Assembly: GCF_009914755.1 (NCBI RefSeq)
Contig: NC_060930.1
Reading direction: 5' to 3' (one strand)
Length of the DNA: 64,000 nucleotides
Source of the DNA: the human T2T-CHM13v2.0 reference genome, Homo sapiens
Under the pieces are notes generated by a model. The model ran no database searches. It was not told the origin of the DNA and was given only the letters and a program-made list of their open reading frames with translations. Position numbers and translations under genes: made by a program. Positions 13,519 through 26,841 of this stretch are shown here, piece after piece. Each line of letters starts with the position of its first letter. Position 1 is the first letter of the stretch.

Positions 13519-13870
13519 AGCCTTCTGTGATGCAGGATGTCGACTGGAGAGCAGGACATCAAGACCAATAAGGTGCCCTGAGGTTGCTAAAGTTTCCACT
13601 ATCTTGCCTCAAATATTGAAATTTTTTGAAATTCCAACCAATATATTAAAAACAAAGCAAAACCCATAAAACCTTAGACTCAGAATGCTGTGTGTGTCCT
13701 CATAGCTGGGTTATATGCCTGTGCCCTTGCAAAGAAGACAGGCATGCATCATTTTAACCCTGAATACCCACAGCAATAGAAACTCAGACACAGTTCAAGG
13801 AGATTTGCGTTTATCCAGAGTGGGGAATATTTCTTATTCATTACAGTGCCTGAGCTCAGAGTCAGGTCCC

Positions 13871-13908
13871 AGATAGAAGTTAAAAAGATAATAGATAGAT
13901 AGATGATT

Positions 13909-13955
<47 letters not shown>

Positions 13956-14097
13956 GATAGATAGCCAGATAAAAATTAAAAAGATGATAGATGGATAGAT
14001 AATACATAGATGATAGACAGATAGATAGATATAGACAGAGATAGATGATAGATAGATAGATAATAGATAGATAGAGGATAGATAAATGATAGATAGG
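13871..14097. repeat. Compound (GATA)n tetranucleotide STR
   Basis: Uninterrupted (GATA)11 at 13909-13952 flanked by degenerate GAT/GATA/GACA units. Confidence 0.98.
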
Positions 14098-16595
14098 TAT
14101 TTGTTATCTTGCCTTAAAAGGTCTTTATGATTAACTTTGTAATCATCTATCCACTAAAAGCTGTCTTATTTGCTGACCTTGAATATAAACAAGAGTTAAC
14201 CTTTTCAGAAAAGGGATAGCTTACTAACTTTTAAAAAATTTTAAATAAACTTTTCATTATAGAGTAGATTTAAATGTACAGAAAAGTTCTGAAGGTAGTA
14301 CAGAGTTTCCATACGCTTCACACCCAGTTTTCCTTTCATTAACATCTTATATTTGTCTGGTACATTTGCCACAATCAATGAACCAATGTTGATACATTAT
14401 TCTTTATTAAGGTTCATAGTTTACTCAGATTTCCTTCATTTTTACCTAGTGTCCTTTTTCTCTTCCAGAGTCCCATGCAGGATGCCATGTTGTAGCCATT
14501 GGTCACGTCTCCTTAGTCTCCTCTTGACTGTGACAGTGTCTCTGGCTTTCCTTATTTTAGATAACCTTGACTGTTTTGAGGAGTACTGCTCAGACACTTT
14601 GTAGAAAATCCCTCAGTTGGGATCAGTCTGACACTTTCCTCCTTATTGGATTGGGTAACCCCAGTGTTTTGAGGAGGAAGACTGCAAAGTGCCATTCTCA
14701 TCACACCCTATCAAGGGTACATAGTATCAACATGGCTTTTCACCGTCATGTTGACTCTTACTCCTGGCTAATGTGTTGGTCAGGCTTCTACACTGTAAAG
14801 TTGCTCTATTTTTCCCCATTCAATACTGTACGCTTTGGAAGGAAGTCCCTATGCACAGCCCATGCTTAAGGAGAGAAGAGCTGCGCCCTCTCTCTCCTTG
14901 AGGGCAGTGTCTACATGAACTATTTGGAATTCCTTTGCATAGATTTGCCTCTTCCCTCTCAATTATTTACTTATTCAATCATTTATCTATATCACTTGGA
15001 CTCATGAATACTTATTTTACACTTTGGGCTCTAACCCAGTACTATTTCATTTATTTTGTTGCTCAAATTGTTCCAGCTTTGGGCACTGGAGTTCTTTCAG
15101 TTGGTTTCTGAATCCTTTTGACATATTCCTATCATTGGGGATTTTATTTCTGCACACTTCTCTACTTTCTGGCACTATAGTTGCCCCAGGATCATCTTGT
15201 GTATTTCCTACCTTAGTCCTAGAATCAGCCATTTCTCCAAGGTGCCCTGTTTCCTTTTGTTGGAGATAGAATCAGCCATTTCTCCAAGGTGCCCTGTTTC
15301 CTTTTGTTGGAGAACGGTGTTAGACACCAAGATCTGGGTGCTAGGGGTGCTCCTTGTTCCTGGGATATCATTGCTTCCAGGCCTTCTCAGCTAACAGAGC
15401 AAGGAAATATATATGTGTGTGGTAACCTATGTATATGGACATATCCATAAATATTTATCTATGTATCTATCTGTATCTATATTAAGCAAGACATGTGTTC
15501 ATAGCAATGTCTCCAACTGCAATCTATCACCAAATAGATCATTCTAACTTCTTTCCCTTGCTTGTCTATAACTTCTTACTCCAAGAGTTAGAAATCTACC
15601 GACCATCTGTCATGTATTTTCTTAATTGTTCAGTTCCAGAATATGTGTGTAGTGGTTTTATAATTGTTAACACTTTCCTTCACAAACAACTTTATACCTT
15701 CACAAAACTTTATACCATACTTTCATGAGAACAACTTTACAGTACAGTGCACACATTCAGCTCATTTTTGCCCTTAGTCAAACATCCGCCACTCATTTTC
15801 AAAGTTACTGGTGTCAGCATCTTTTTCCTCCAACCCCCTCCATGAGGGTGTTTCATACCTTTGTAATATAGTTAGATTCTTTTGATGCAATCTGCATTCC
15901 ATTCTAGGATCCCCCAACCTAATAAATGATTATTTTAAAAATTGCATACACTAAGGTTCACTCTTGCTGCTGTAAAATTCAATGTCTTGACAAATACATA
16001 GTGTCATTGTCCACCAGAATAATTTCACCACCCTAAAAAAAATTCCCTGTTTCACAGACTTAACCCTCTCTCCACCCTAAACCACTGATCTGTTTGCCAT
16101 CTCTGTAGTTTCGTCTTTCCCAGAATGTCGTATTTATATATGGGGAATTGTGCAGTATGTAACCTTTTAAGATTAGCTTCTTTCACTTAGACATATGCAT
16201 TGAATGTTCTTCCATGGCCTTTAAGCTTGATAGCTTATTCTTTTTGATCACTGAATGGCATTCTATCCTATGGATGCTTTACAGTTTTTCAAATCACCTA
16301 CTGAAAGGTATCTTGCTTCCTTCAACTTTGAGGCAATCATAAATAAAGCTTCTATAATAATTTATGGGTAGGTTTTGGTGTGGACATAAGTTTTCATATC
16401 AATTGGATAACTACTAGGAGTACAATTGCTGGATCATATGGTAAGATTACGTTTAATTTTGTAAGAAACTGCCCAACTGTCCTCCAAAGTAACTGTATCG
16501 TTTTGCATTCTCACAAGCAATAAATGAGTCTCCTTTGCTCTACATCTTCACCAGCAATTGCTATTGTCAGTGTTTTAGATTTTAGCCATTTTTAT

Positions 16596-16643
16596 GGCCT
16601 CCCAAAGTGCTGGGATTACAGGCGTGAGCCACTGCGCCTGGCC
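16596..16643 (-). mobile_element. 48 bp remnant of an Alu 5' end
   Basis: GGCCTCCCAAAGTGCTGGGATTACAGGCGTGAGCCACTGCGCCTGGCC; no right arm or tail. Confidence 0.93.
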
Positions 16644-17149
16644 TTTTGCCCATTTTTATATTGGGTTGTTTATTTTATATTTTTGAGTTTTAACAGTTCT
16701 TTATATTTTGGATACAAGTCCTTTATCAGATATATATTTGACATGAATTTTCTCCCAGCCAGTGGCTTATCTTTCCATTCTCTTAAGAGTGCCTTTTGCA
16801 GAATAAAATTTAATTTTAATAAAGTTCAACTTATCTACTTTTTTCTTTCATGGATCATGCTTTTGATATTGTTTCAATATTTTTCTGAAAACTCATCACC
16901 AATCCAAGGTCACATAGATTTTCTTGTATATTTTCTAAGTTTTATAATTTTGCAGTATTTAACTTAGGCCTATGATTCATTTTGAATTAACTTTTGTATA
17001 AGGTGTAAAGTCTATTTTTATTCTTTGTTTGTTATGCATATGTACATACAAGTGTTCCAGCATCATTTGTTAAAGAGACTATTCTTTTGCCAGTGAAGTG
17101 ACTTTGCCCCTGAATTTTTTTTTTTTGTTTTAAAAATCATTTTACTCTA

Positions 17150-17523
17150 TGTATTAGTCCACTTTCATGCTGCTAATAAAGACATAACTGAGACTGGGTA
17201 GTTTATAAAGAAAAAGAGGTTTAATGGACTCACAGTTCCCCATGGCTGGGGAGGCCTCACAATCATGGCAGAAGGCAAAGGAGGAGCAAAGGCACATCTT
17301 ACATGGCAGCAGGCAAGAGCAAATGAGTGCCAGCAGGGGAAACGCCAGACACTTACTTATACAACTATCAGATCTTGTGAGAACTCACTCACTATCATGA
17401 GAATGGCATGGGGGAAACTGCCCTCATGATTCAATTATCTCCATCTGGCTCCACCCTTGACACATGGGGATTATTACAATTCAAGGTGAGATTTGGGTGG
17501 GGACACAGAACCAAACTGTATCA
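17150..17523 (-). mobile_element. THE1 (MaLR) solo LTR
   Basis: TGTATTAGTCC...GGCCTCACAATCATGGCAGAAGGC...GGGGACACAGAACCAAACTGTATCA; 5 bp TSD CTCTA/CTGTA. Confidence 0.95.
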
Positions 17524-18807
17524 CTGTATCTGGGGAGCTCTGTTTCTGGATTCTGTATTCTATCCCATTGATATACATGTCTATTCTTTGGCTAGTATCA
17601 TGCTGCTTTGATTACTGTAGTTTTATAGTAAGTCTTGAAATTGGAATGTTGAGTCCTCCAACTTTGATCTTCTTTTGTTTTGCATTGGCTATTCTAGATC
17701 TTCTGTTTTCCATATGAATTTTAGAAGCAGTTTGCCAATATCGATAGAATAGCTCACTGAGATTTTCATTGGGATTGGGATTGCATTTAATCTATAGATC
17801 AAGTTGTGAAGAATTTACATTTCAACAATATTGAGTTTTCCAGTCCATGAATATGGAATATTTTCCTATTTATTAGATCTTCTTTGATTTCTTTCACCGT
17901 TGTTTGCAGTTTCATACATAGAGATCAGGTACATATTTTGTTAGATTTATACCTAAGTATTTCATTTTTTGGTGTTATTAAGGGGCATTGTTTTCTTATT
18001 TTCAGTTCCCAATTGCTTGTTACAGAGAAGTTGCCAAGAAGAATATGATTTTTTTATCTTTGTTTTTTTGTCAGCAATCTTGCTATATTTGTTTAATAGA
18101 TACTAGTCCCTTGTCAAATATGTGGTTTTCAAATATTTTTTCCTGGTCTATAGCTTGTCTTTTCATTCTCTTAAAACTTTCACATAGCAAAAGTTTTTAG
18201 TTTTGATGAAATCCAATTTATCACTTTTTTCTTTTATGAATCATGTTTTTCATGTCAAGTCTAATAACTCTTTACCTAGCCCTAGTTCGCAAAGATTTCC
18301 TCCTATTTTTTTCAAAAAGTGTCATAATTTTTAATTTTAATTTAAGAGCATGATCCATTTTGATTAATTTTTATATAAATTTAATAAGGGTTAGTTTAAG
18401 GGGTTTCTTTTTTTTTTGCCTATATATGTCCACTTGTCTACTATTTGTTGAAAAGGCTATACTTTCCCCATTGAATTGCTTTTGTACCTTTGTCAAAAGT
18501 CAATCGGGCATATTTGTGTGCATCAATTTTTGTGTTCTCTATTCTGTTTCATTGATCTATATATGCCTATCCCTCCCCCAATGCCACACAGTCTTAGCTA
18601 TGTAAGGAATCCTGAAATTGGGTAGACTAATTTCTTTCAATCAATCTAAATTGGGTAGACTAAATTCTTTCAAGAATTTCATCTCTTTTTAAAAATGTTT
18701 TTGGCTATTCTAGTTTTTTTGCTTTTTCATATAAATGTAGAATAAGCTTATCTATAGCTACAAAAAAAAATCTTGTTGAGATTTTGGTAGGAATCTCATT
18801 AAACCTG

Positions 18808-19652
18808 TTTACTAGTTTCCTATTACTGCTTTAACAAATTCTCACAGACTTACTGGCTTAAAACAACGAGTTTATTCTCTTACAGTTCTGGTGGCGAGAA
18901 GTCTTCAGACATATTGGACTGAAGTTAAGGTATGGACAGGGCTGGTTTATTTTGGAGGCTCTGAGGGAAGAATCTGTTTTCTTGCCTCTTCTGGTTTCTA
19001 GTGGCCGTCTGCATGGCTTGGCTTAGGACTCCTTCCTCCATCTTCAAAGTCCATTGCTCCAACCTTTTGCTTCATTTTCACCTCCCACTTGCACTTCTGC
19101 GTCAACTATCCCTCTGGTTCCCTCTTATAAGGACACTTGTGATTACATTTTAGACGCCCAAAATAATCTAGGATAGTCTCCCAACCTCAACATCCTTAGC
19201 TTAATCACAAGTGCACAGTTCCGTTTTTTTGTTTTTTGTTTTCTGAAACAGAGTTTCCCTCTTGTTGCCCAGGCTGGAGTGCAATGTGCAATCTCGGCTC
19301 ACTACAACCTCTGCCTCCACGGTTCAAGTGATTCTCCTGCCTCACCCTCCCAAGTAGCTGGGATTACAGACATGTGCCACTATGCCTGGCTAAATTTTTG
19401 TATGTTTAGTAGAGACGGGGTTTCACCATGTTGGACAGTCTGATCTCGAACTCCTGATCTCAGGTGATCGGCCCACCTCGGCCTCCCAAAGTGCTGGGAT
19501 TACAGATGTGAGTTACCATGCCCAGCCCAGTTCCTTTATATAAGATAGCATTCAGAGGTTCCAAGGATTATGACCTGAATATATTCACAGATTTTACTCC
19601 TTCCAGGGATTATGACCTGAATATATTCACAGATTTTACTCAATCTACTATA
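18808..19652 (-). mobile_element. MLT1 (MaLR) solo LTR, interrupted by an Alu
   Basis: AGTTTCCTATTACTGCTTTAACAAATT...GGCTTAAAACAAC...CTTATAAGGACACTTGTGATTACATT; TSD ACCTG/AACTG. Confidence 0.9.
19224..19527 (-). mobile_element. Alu (AluSq/Sx-like)
   Basis: Full antisense Alu; TSD core CAGTTCC at 19216-19222 and 19528-19534. Confidence 0.96.
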
Positions 19653-20205
19653 AACTGTGTATCAGTGTGGGGAGAATTGACATTTTAATTATTTTAGCTC
19701 TTCCAATTCATAAACATGGTATATCTCTCCATTTATTTAGGTCTTCTTTGACTTCTTTTGTTAGCATTTTGTAGTTTTCAGCATGCAAGTTCTATATATT
19801 TTGTTGTATTTACCCTAAAGTGTTTCCTGCTTGTTAGTGATTATAACTGTATTGTATTTTTAATTGAGGTGTCCACATTTTCATGGCTAGAATATATAAA
19901 TACACTTGATTTTCATACATTGGTTTGTCTTCTATCCTGTAACCTTGCAGAGCTTGCTTATTAGCTAAATAGTTTATTAATATGATTAGTTTAGGAGTTT
20001 TTGTGGATTTTGGGGGGATTTTCTACATAGATCATCATATTATCTACAAATAGGAACAGTTTTATTTCGTCACCTCTACTCTGTACGCCTTTCATTTTAT
20101 TTTCTCGCCTTATTGCATTGAATACAATTTCCACTACTGTGTTAAATGGGAGTTGAGAGATGGGACATTCTTGCCTTGTTCTTAATCTTAGAAAGAAAAC
20201 ATTCA

Positions 20206-20482
20206 GGTGGGGCACAGTGGCTTATGCCTATAATCCCAGCACTTTGGGAGGCAGAGGCAGGTGGATCACCTGAGGTCAGGAGTTCAAGACCAGCCTGGCC
20301 AATGTGGTGAAACCCCATCTCCACTAAAATACAAAAATTAGCTAGGCCTGGTGTTGGGCCCCTGTAATCCCAGCTACTTGGGAGTCAGAGCAGGAGAATC
20401 ACTTCAACTCAGGAGGCGGAGATTGCAGTGAGCCAAGATGGAGCCGCTGCACACCAGCCTGGTCAATAAAAAAAAAAAAAAA
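20206..20482 (+). mobile_element. Alu (AluS)
   Basis: Sense Alu with A-tail; TSD AAGAAAACATTCA at 20193-20205 and 20485-20497. Confidence 0.96.
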
Positions 20483-23400
20483 GTAAGAAAACATTCACTA
20501 TTTCACTATTAAGTATATTGTTAGCTGTAGGGTTTCTGTAGATGCTCTTTATCAAGTAGAAATTATCCTCTATTTGCATTTTTCTGAGAGTTTTTGTTAT
20601 GATTCAGTTTTGAATTTTTAGAAAGTATTTTCTTCACCAATTGATTTAATAGTTTTTTTTAAGCATATTAGTATGGTAGGTTACATTCATTGATTTTGAA
20701 ATATTTAAGCAGCTTTACTTTACTGAAGTATACTTTACTTGCTCATGGCATATATTTTTATATATTGCCAAATTCTATTTGCTAATATTTTGATAAGATG
20801 TTTTGCATCTATATGGGTCTGTATTTTTCTTTTTTTGTACTGCCTTTTTCTGTTTTTTTTTTTGTACCAGAATAATTCTAGCTTCATAAGATGAATTGAA
20901 AAGTATTCCCTTTTCTTCTATTTTTTGAAAGAGATTGCATAGAGTTAGTGTTAATTCTTTAAACATTTGGTGTAATTTTTCAGCGAAACCACCTGGGCCT
21001 TGAGATTTTATCTTTGGGGTGTTTTAAAATTATTAATTCAATTCCTTTATAGTTAAATGGATATTTAATGATCTATTTATTTTGAATGAGTGGTGGTAGT
21101 TTGTGCTTTTCAGTAAGTTGATCCATTCATTTAAGTTGTCAGATTTATTTATTTTAGTATCACCTCACTATCCTTTTGATAGCTGTAAGTTCTCTAGTGA
21201 TCTTTCATGCCATTTCCGGCATTGGCAAATTGTGTCCACTCTCTTTTTTCTTTGTCAGTCTTCATACCAGCTTGTCAATTTTATCGAACATTTCAAAGAA
21301 CCATCCTTTAGTTTCATTGATTTTCTCTCTTTTCTTTTCAATTTTATTGATTGGTGCTCTGATCTTTATTATTTCTTTTTTTTCCTGGTTTTGTGTTAAT
21401 TTTTCTCTTCTTTTCCTAGATTCCTGCGGTGGGAGATTAGACTATTGATTTCAGGCTTTTTCTCTGTTCTAATGTAAGCACTTAGTAATACGCATTTCCT
21501 TGTCAGCGCTATTTTAGTTGTATGCCACAAATATTTTTACATTGTATTTTCACTTTCGTTCAGTTTAATGCATTTTTTTTAATTCCCTGGAGACTTTCTC
21601 TGTTATCTGTGGTTATTTAGACGTGTATTGTCTAGTTACCAAATGTTTGGAGATTTTCCTGTTATCTTTCTGTTACTAATTTCTAATTTGATTTCATTTT
21701 AGTCAGAAGTACACTCGGTACAATTTAAAATATTTTTAAAATTTTGAGATTTGTTTTATAGCCCAGGATATAGTCTATCTTAGTATATTTCTGTGGATGC
21801 TTGAGGAAAATATATATTGTGCTATTTGGGGGCAGAGTGTTCTATAAATGTCAATTCAATCCTATTGGTTGATGACGTTATTGAGGTTTTCTGTATCCTT
21901 GCCAGTTTTCTGTCTTGTTATTCTGTCAATTATTGAAGGAAGTGTTGTGGAAGTTTCCAATTATAATTACAGATTTATATATTTGTCTTCATTCTATGTA
22001 TTTTTTCCTTCACATATTTGACATATTTCTCTATTGTTTGGTGCATACCTTAGGATTGCTATGTCTTCTTGGTGGACTGAGCTTTTAATCATTATGTAAT
22101 ATCTCTGTTTCTGGTAGTTTGCCTTGCTTTGAAATCTACTTTATCTGATGTTACTATATAGCTAATAGTGATTTATTTTGATTTATATTTGTATAATATA
22201 TTCTTTATTTTAATTTTAATCTGCCTCTATTGTTATAGCTGAAGTGAGTTTCTTTTAGACAGCACATATAGCAATTTTTAAAATTCAATCTGCCAATCTG
22301 TGTCTTTTAATTGAGTATTTAGGCCTTTACATTTAGTGTAATTTTTGCCATGTTAGGGCTTTAGTCTACTTTTTTGTTTTTGTTTTCTGTTTACTCTGTT
22401 TTTTATTTGTTTTCTTTTCCCGCTTTCCTGTCGGGCTACTTGAACATTTTTTAGAATTCCATTTTGATTCATCTATCATATTTTTGAGTGTATTTCTTTG
22501 TTTAGCTTTTTCAGTGATTATTCTAGGCATTAGATTATATATACATAACATCACAGTGTACTACATATTGCCAGTTTAAGTAAAGTGCAGAAATCTTACT
22601 TCCCTTATGTCCTTTTATCTTCCCCCATTTAATAACTATCTTAAATGTTTCTTCTAATAACTATATCAGTCATCAAACATAATTTAGGAAACTTAAGAAA
22701 AGAAAATGTATTTTATTTATCACATTTTTCTCTTTCCATTGTTCTTTCTTCCTTTCTGATATTTCAAGATTCTGTTTTCTTTTTTTAAGGATTTCCTTAC
22801 TTGTTGGAGAATCTCCTTTAGCCATTCTTTTAGAGCAGGTATGATGGCAGCAAATTATCTTTATTTTTCTTCATCTGAAAATATCTTTATTTTTCCTTCA
22901 TACCTTAACATTTTCATCAGATATAAGATTCTGGGCTAATAGTTCTTCTATTTCAGCCTTTGAAAAATGTTGTGCCGCTTCCTTCTTGCATCCATGGTTT
23001 CTGGTGAAAAATCTACTGACATTTGAATCACTTTTCCTCTATAGGCCAGATGTCACTCCTCTCTTGCTGCTTGTAAGAGTTTTGTTTTGTTTTTAGAATG
23101 ATGACGTGATGTGTCTTGGTGTGGATTCCTTCGGGTATATCCAGTTGAGGGTTTGCTTGACTTCCTCAATCTGTTAGTTTATGTCTTTGGCTAAATTTGG
23201 GGAATTTTGAATCATTATTTCTTCGAGTACTTTTTCAGCACCACTTTCTTTGTCTTCTCCCTGTGGGACTCTGATGACCCTGATGTCATGTCTTTTATTA
23301 TAGTCCTCCAAGTTTGTGAGCGTCTGTTTATTTATTTATTTTTCTAGCCTGTTTTCTTTTAGTTGTTCAGGTTGGGGAACTTCTGTTCTAACTTCAACTA

Positions 23401-23730
23401 CTGATTTTTTCCTTTGTCTCCTCCATTCTGGTGTTGAGCCCATTCACTGAGTTTTTAATTTTTGGTTATTGCATTATTTCAACCTTCAAATTTCCATTTG
23501 GTTCTTCTTTATGCCTTCTTTTTTGTGTAAACTTTCTATTTCTTTTCTGAAACTTTTATTTTTTTTTCTTTTGTTTCAAATTTGTTTATATTTGCTAGTG
23601 AAGCTTTTTTTGTCATGGCTGCTTTAAAACCTTTTCGGATAATTCTAACATCTTTCTAAGGTTGGTGTGGGTGTCTATTGATTGTCCTTTTTCATTCAGA
23701 CTGTGAGTTTCCTGGTTCTTAGTATGATGA

Positions 23731-24102
<372 letters not shown>

Positions 24103-25462
24103 TAAACTTTCTGTTTTGCTGGCTTTCTGTGGCAATGCTCCAACAGGGGAAAAAGAGGGGCACTACTTATTACTGATTGGTGGGGGCAGAAGTCCAAGTT
24201 CTCTGCATGATGTCCAATGACACTATGAGAATGGGGAGAGGCAGGAGGCTCATTACTCACTATCGTGGAAGTCCCAGCTCCCAACTCAGTCCTCTCTGAC
24301 ACCACCCCAGTCGGGGTTTAGGGCTCATTGCAGCCTTGCAAGAGTGAAGTCTGGGCATCCTATCTGGCCTTTATTTGTGTTGGGCGGTGGGGTGGGGGTT
24401 GGGGGGCAAAGTTTTTTCTGTGCTGTTTGCCTGGAATACAGCAGTCATTGTCTAAAAGTATCCTGTTTTGCTAATCTGCCCTTTTCCTGGTCCTTTAGCT
24501 AGAGAGAGCAGGCTTTTGTTGGGGCTTTTTTTTTTGTTTTTTTTTTTTCCTGTGCCTGGGTTTCTGCCTTCTTCAGCTCCAAGACAGGGATATATGAGAG
24601 AAGAAGATAACCCAGCGAACTCACCGCTGTTTTTTCCTTAGCCCGTCATGTCCCCAGCTGGTCTGCCTTCTTCTCCATCTTTCAGAGTCTTCTTATATTT
24701 GTTTTGTAGATAATGTGCATGGTCTTTAGTTGTACTTAGAGGGTGGAAAAGTGGATGACTTAGGGAAAAGTGGATGACTCTATCTTCCTGGAAGCAGAAG
24801 TCCTAGTGAGTAATTTTTGTCCCATTATTTATTTTATGATTATAAAAGATATACCTATTCTTCAGAGAAAACTTAAAAATTGTAGAGAACATTTTTAAAA
24901 ATCATCTATGATTCCTATGTTCACTGCTAGCATTTTCTTTTATTTCTAGTTTTTAAAAATTCATGTATAAATTGTAGATCTCTTTTCCTAAAACTAAGGA
25001 TTACTGGCAATTTTCATTTGTATATTATATTAACATATAACATACTATGAGTATTTTTCTTACAAATATTCTCTGAAAACATAGTTTTGGTAACTGCGTA
25101 CTATTACCATTATGACTAGATTTAACCACTGCCCTATATTGGACATTGTTTGTAATTGGAAATTACATTGGAAATAGTTTGTAATTCTCTGATTCTCTAA
25201 ATAATGTTATAATAATAAATATGCTTATAGATATATCTGGATTGCAGTTCAGATTATTTCCCCAGGACAGACTTGTAGAAAGTAAAAAGACTGGTGCCAT
25301 TTTAGATTTCCTTACGCACACTGCCAGTGTGATTTCTACAAAGGCCCAGCGTAGGTACTATCCACCAGCGCCAACTCTGAGTGTTATCACTAAAATCTGC
25401 GTGGATAAGGACTTCTCAGGAAGACTAAAGCCACTTTGATTTTATGGAATAATAGAATTTGA

Positions 25463-25690
<228 letters not shown>

Positions 25691-25828
25691 TAGATGAGAA
25701 GAAAAGTAACCAGAGAGGTACATGTAAAGGAACCAAGATTTTTCTAGCCTGGAGCCTTGCTGTGGCCTTGAAGAGGGCGGACACCACCTAGCCTTGGAGC
25801 ACTACCTGAATCCTTGCTTCCCCTGATT

Positions 25829-25858
25829 AAAAAAAGAAGAAAGAAAGAAAGAAAGAAA

Positions 25859-25919
<61 letters not shown>

Positions 25920-25923
25920 AAAA
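25829..25923. repeat. (GAAA)n microsatellite
   Basis: ~95 bp pure A/G tract of GAAA units. Confidence 0.98.
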
Positions 25924-26421
25924 GCAGGTCCTATATTTGTAACTAACCTGGCAGAAGGAGTCACAGTACTGTGAGAAGGGGAGGGTGATACTGCCTTTGC
26001 ACCACCAAGAAACCTGAAGATCTGTTTCATAAAGCAGTTATAACCTGTGACAAATTCTTAATATTAGCCTCACTTCCCCATTCTTTTGAAACGCACTTGA
26101 AAAGGGGGTTAGGGAGTAGTGGAGGGATCCCGGGATTTGGGTTAGAGTTCTCTCTTCTACTCCTACAGGGACAAGACACAGATCCCTTCTGAGCTCCGAG
26201 TTTTACCTTTACAAGGAGAAGGCTGGCTGAGATGCCTCTGGGGCTGCCTCCAGCTTCAGGGACCTGTTGTCCTGCTGTGGTTAGAAGAACCCAGCAGCCC
26301 ACACCATTGCTGTGTGGCTCCACAAAGCCACACGGCCTCCTCCATGCCCTGGTCCACAGGGCCTCACCCACAGAGCCCATACCTGCTCTCACCTCTAACC
26401 CCAGGGCACATCAAACCTACC

Positions 26422-26841
26422 TGTTGACAAAATTACAACCCATTTAGCTGTAGGTCTCATTGGCTTTTATGCATGATTCATGAACCAGGGCAGCCTCCCT
26501 TCTATTAAACAGAATGAGAGATCTCACTGGGCAAGAGCAGAACAGTGGGTTTGGTAAGGTGGGAACAGGGAAACAAGAAAAAAGCTGACTGGTTAGCATG
26601 AGGATACTTGTTTTGGAAGGTTTGGAGAACGTAACTTCCTTATTATGCTGACTCAGTAGACTGGAATCTCCTGTTTTCAGGAAAAACTGGTCTGTTTTGG
26701 GCCCTATTTGCTTCCTTCAAGTTTCAGTTTGATGATGTGACATTTGGCATGAGTGATTCCATTTTGATTTGGCCTGGTCTGTTGGGGCCTAGGGCAGGAG
26801 TTCAGTCTGAAGCGGTGGACTCTCATCATCTTTGTTTAATG
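26422..26841 (-). mobile_element. ERV1-class solo LTR (subfamily uncertain)
   Basis: Starts TGTTGA; ends ...CATGAGTGATTCCATTTTGATTTGGCCTGGTCTGTTGGGGCCTAG...TTTGTTTAATG, resembling MER4-group LTRs. Confidence 0.6.

Larger units (their letters stand above)
14240..18070 (-). mobile_element. Old L1 (L1MC/L1MD-type): 3' UTR and 3' part of ORF2
   Basis: Antisense L1M 3' end (GTACAGAGTTTCCATA...CAATGAACCAATGTTGATACATTATT...TTTTGAGGAGTACTG) running into degraded ORF2. Confidence 0.85.

Noticed and set aside
25827-26030. FLSF-repeat ORF, and the K/E/R-rich or F/L/S-rich ORFs at 52612-52950
   Set aside because: Translations of GAAA and polypurine microsatellites.
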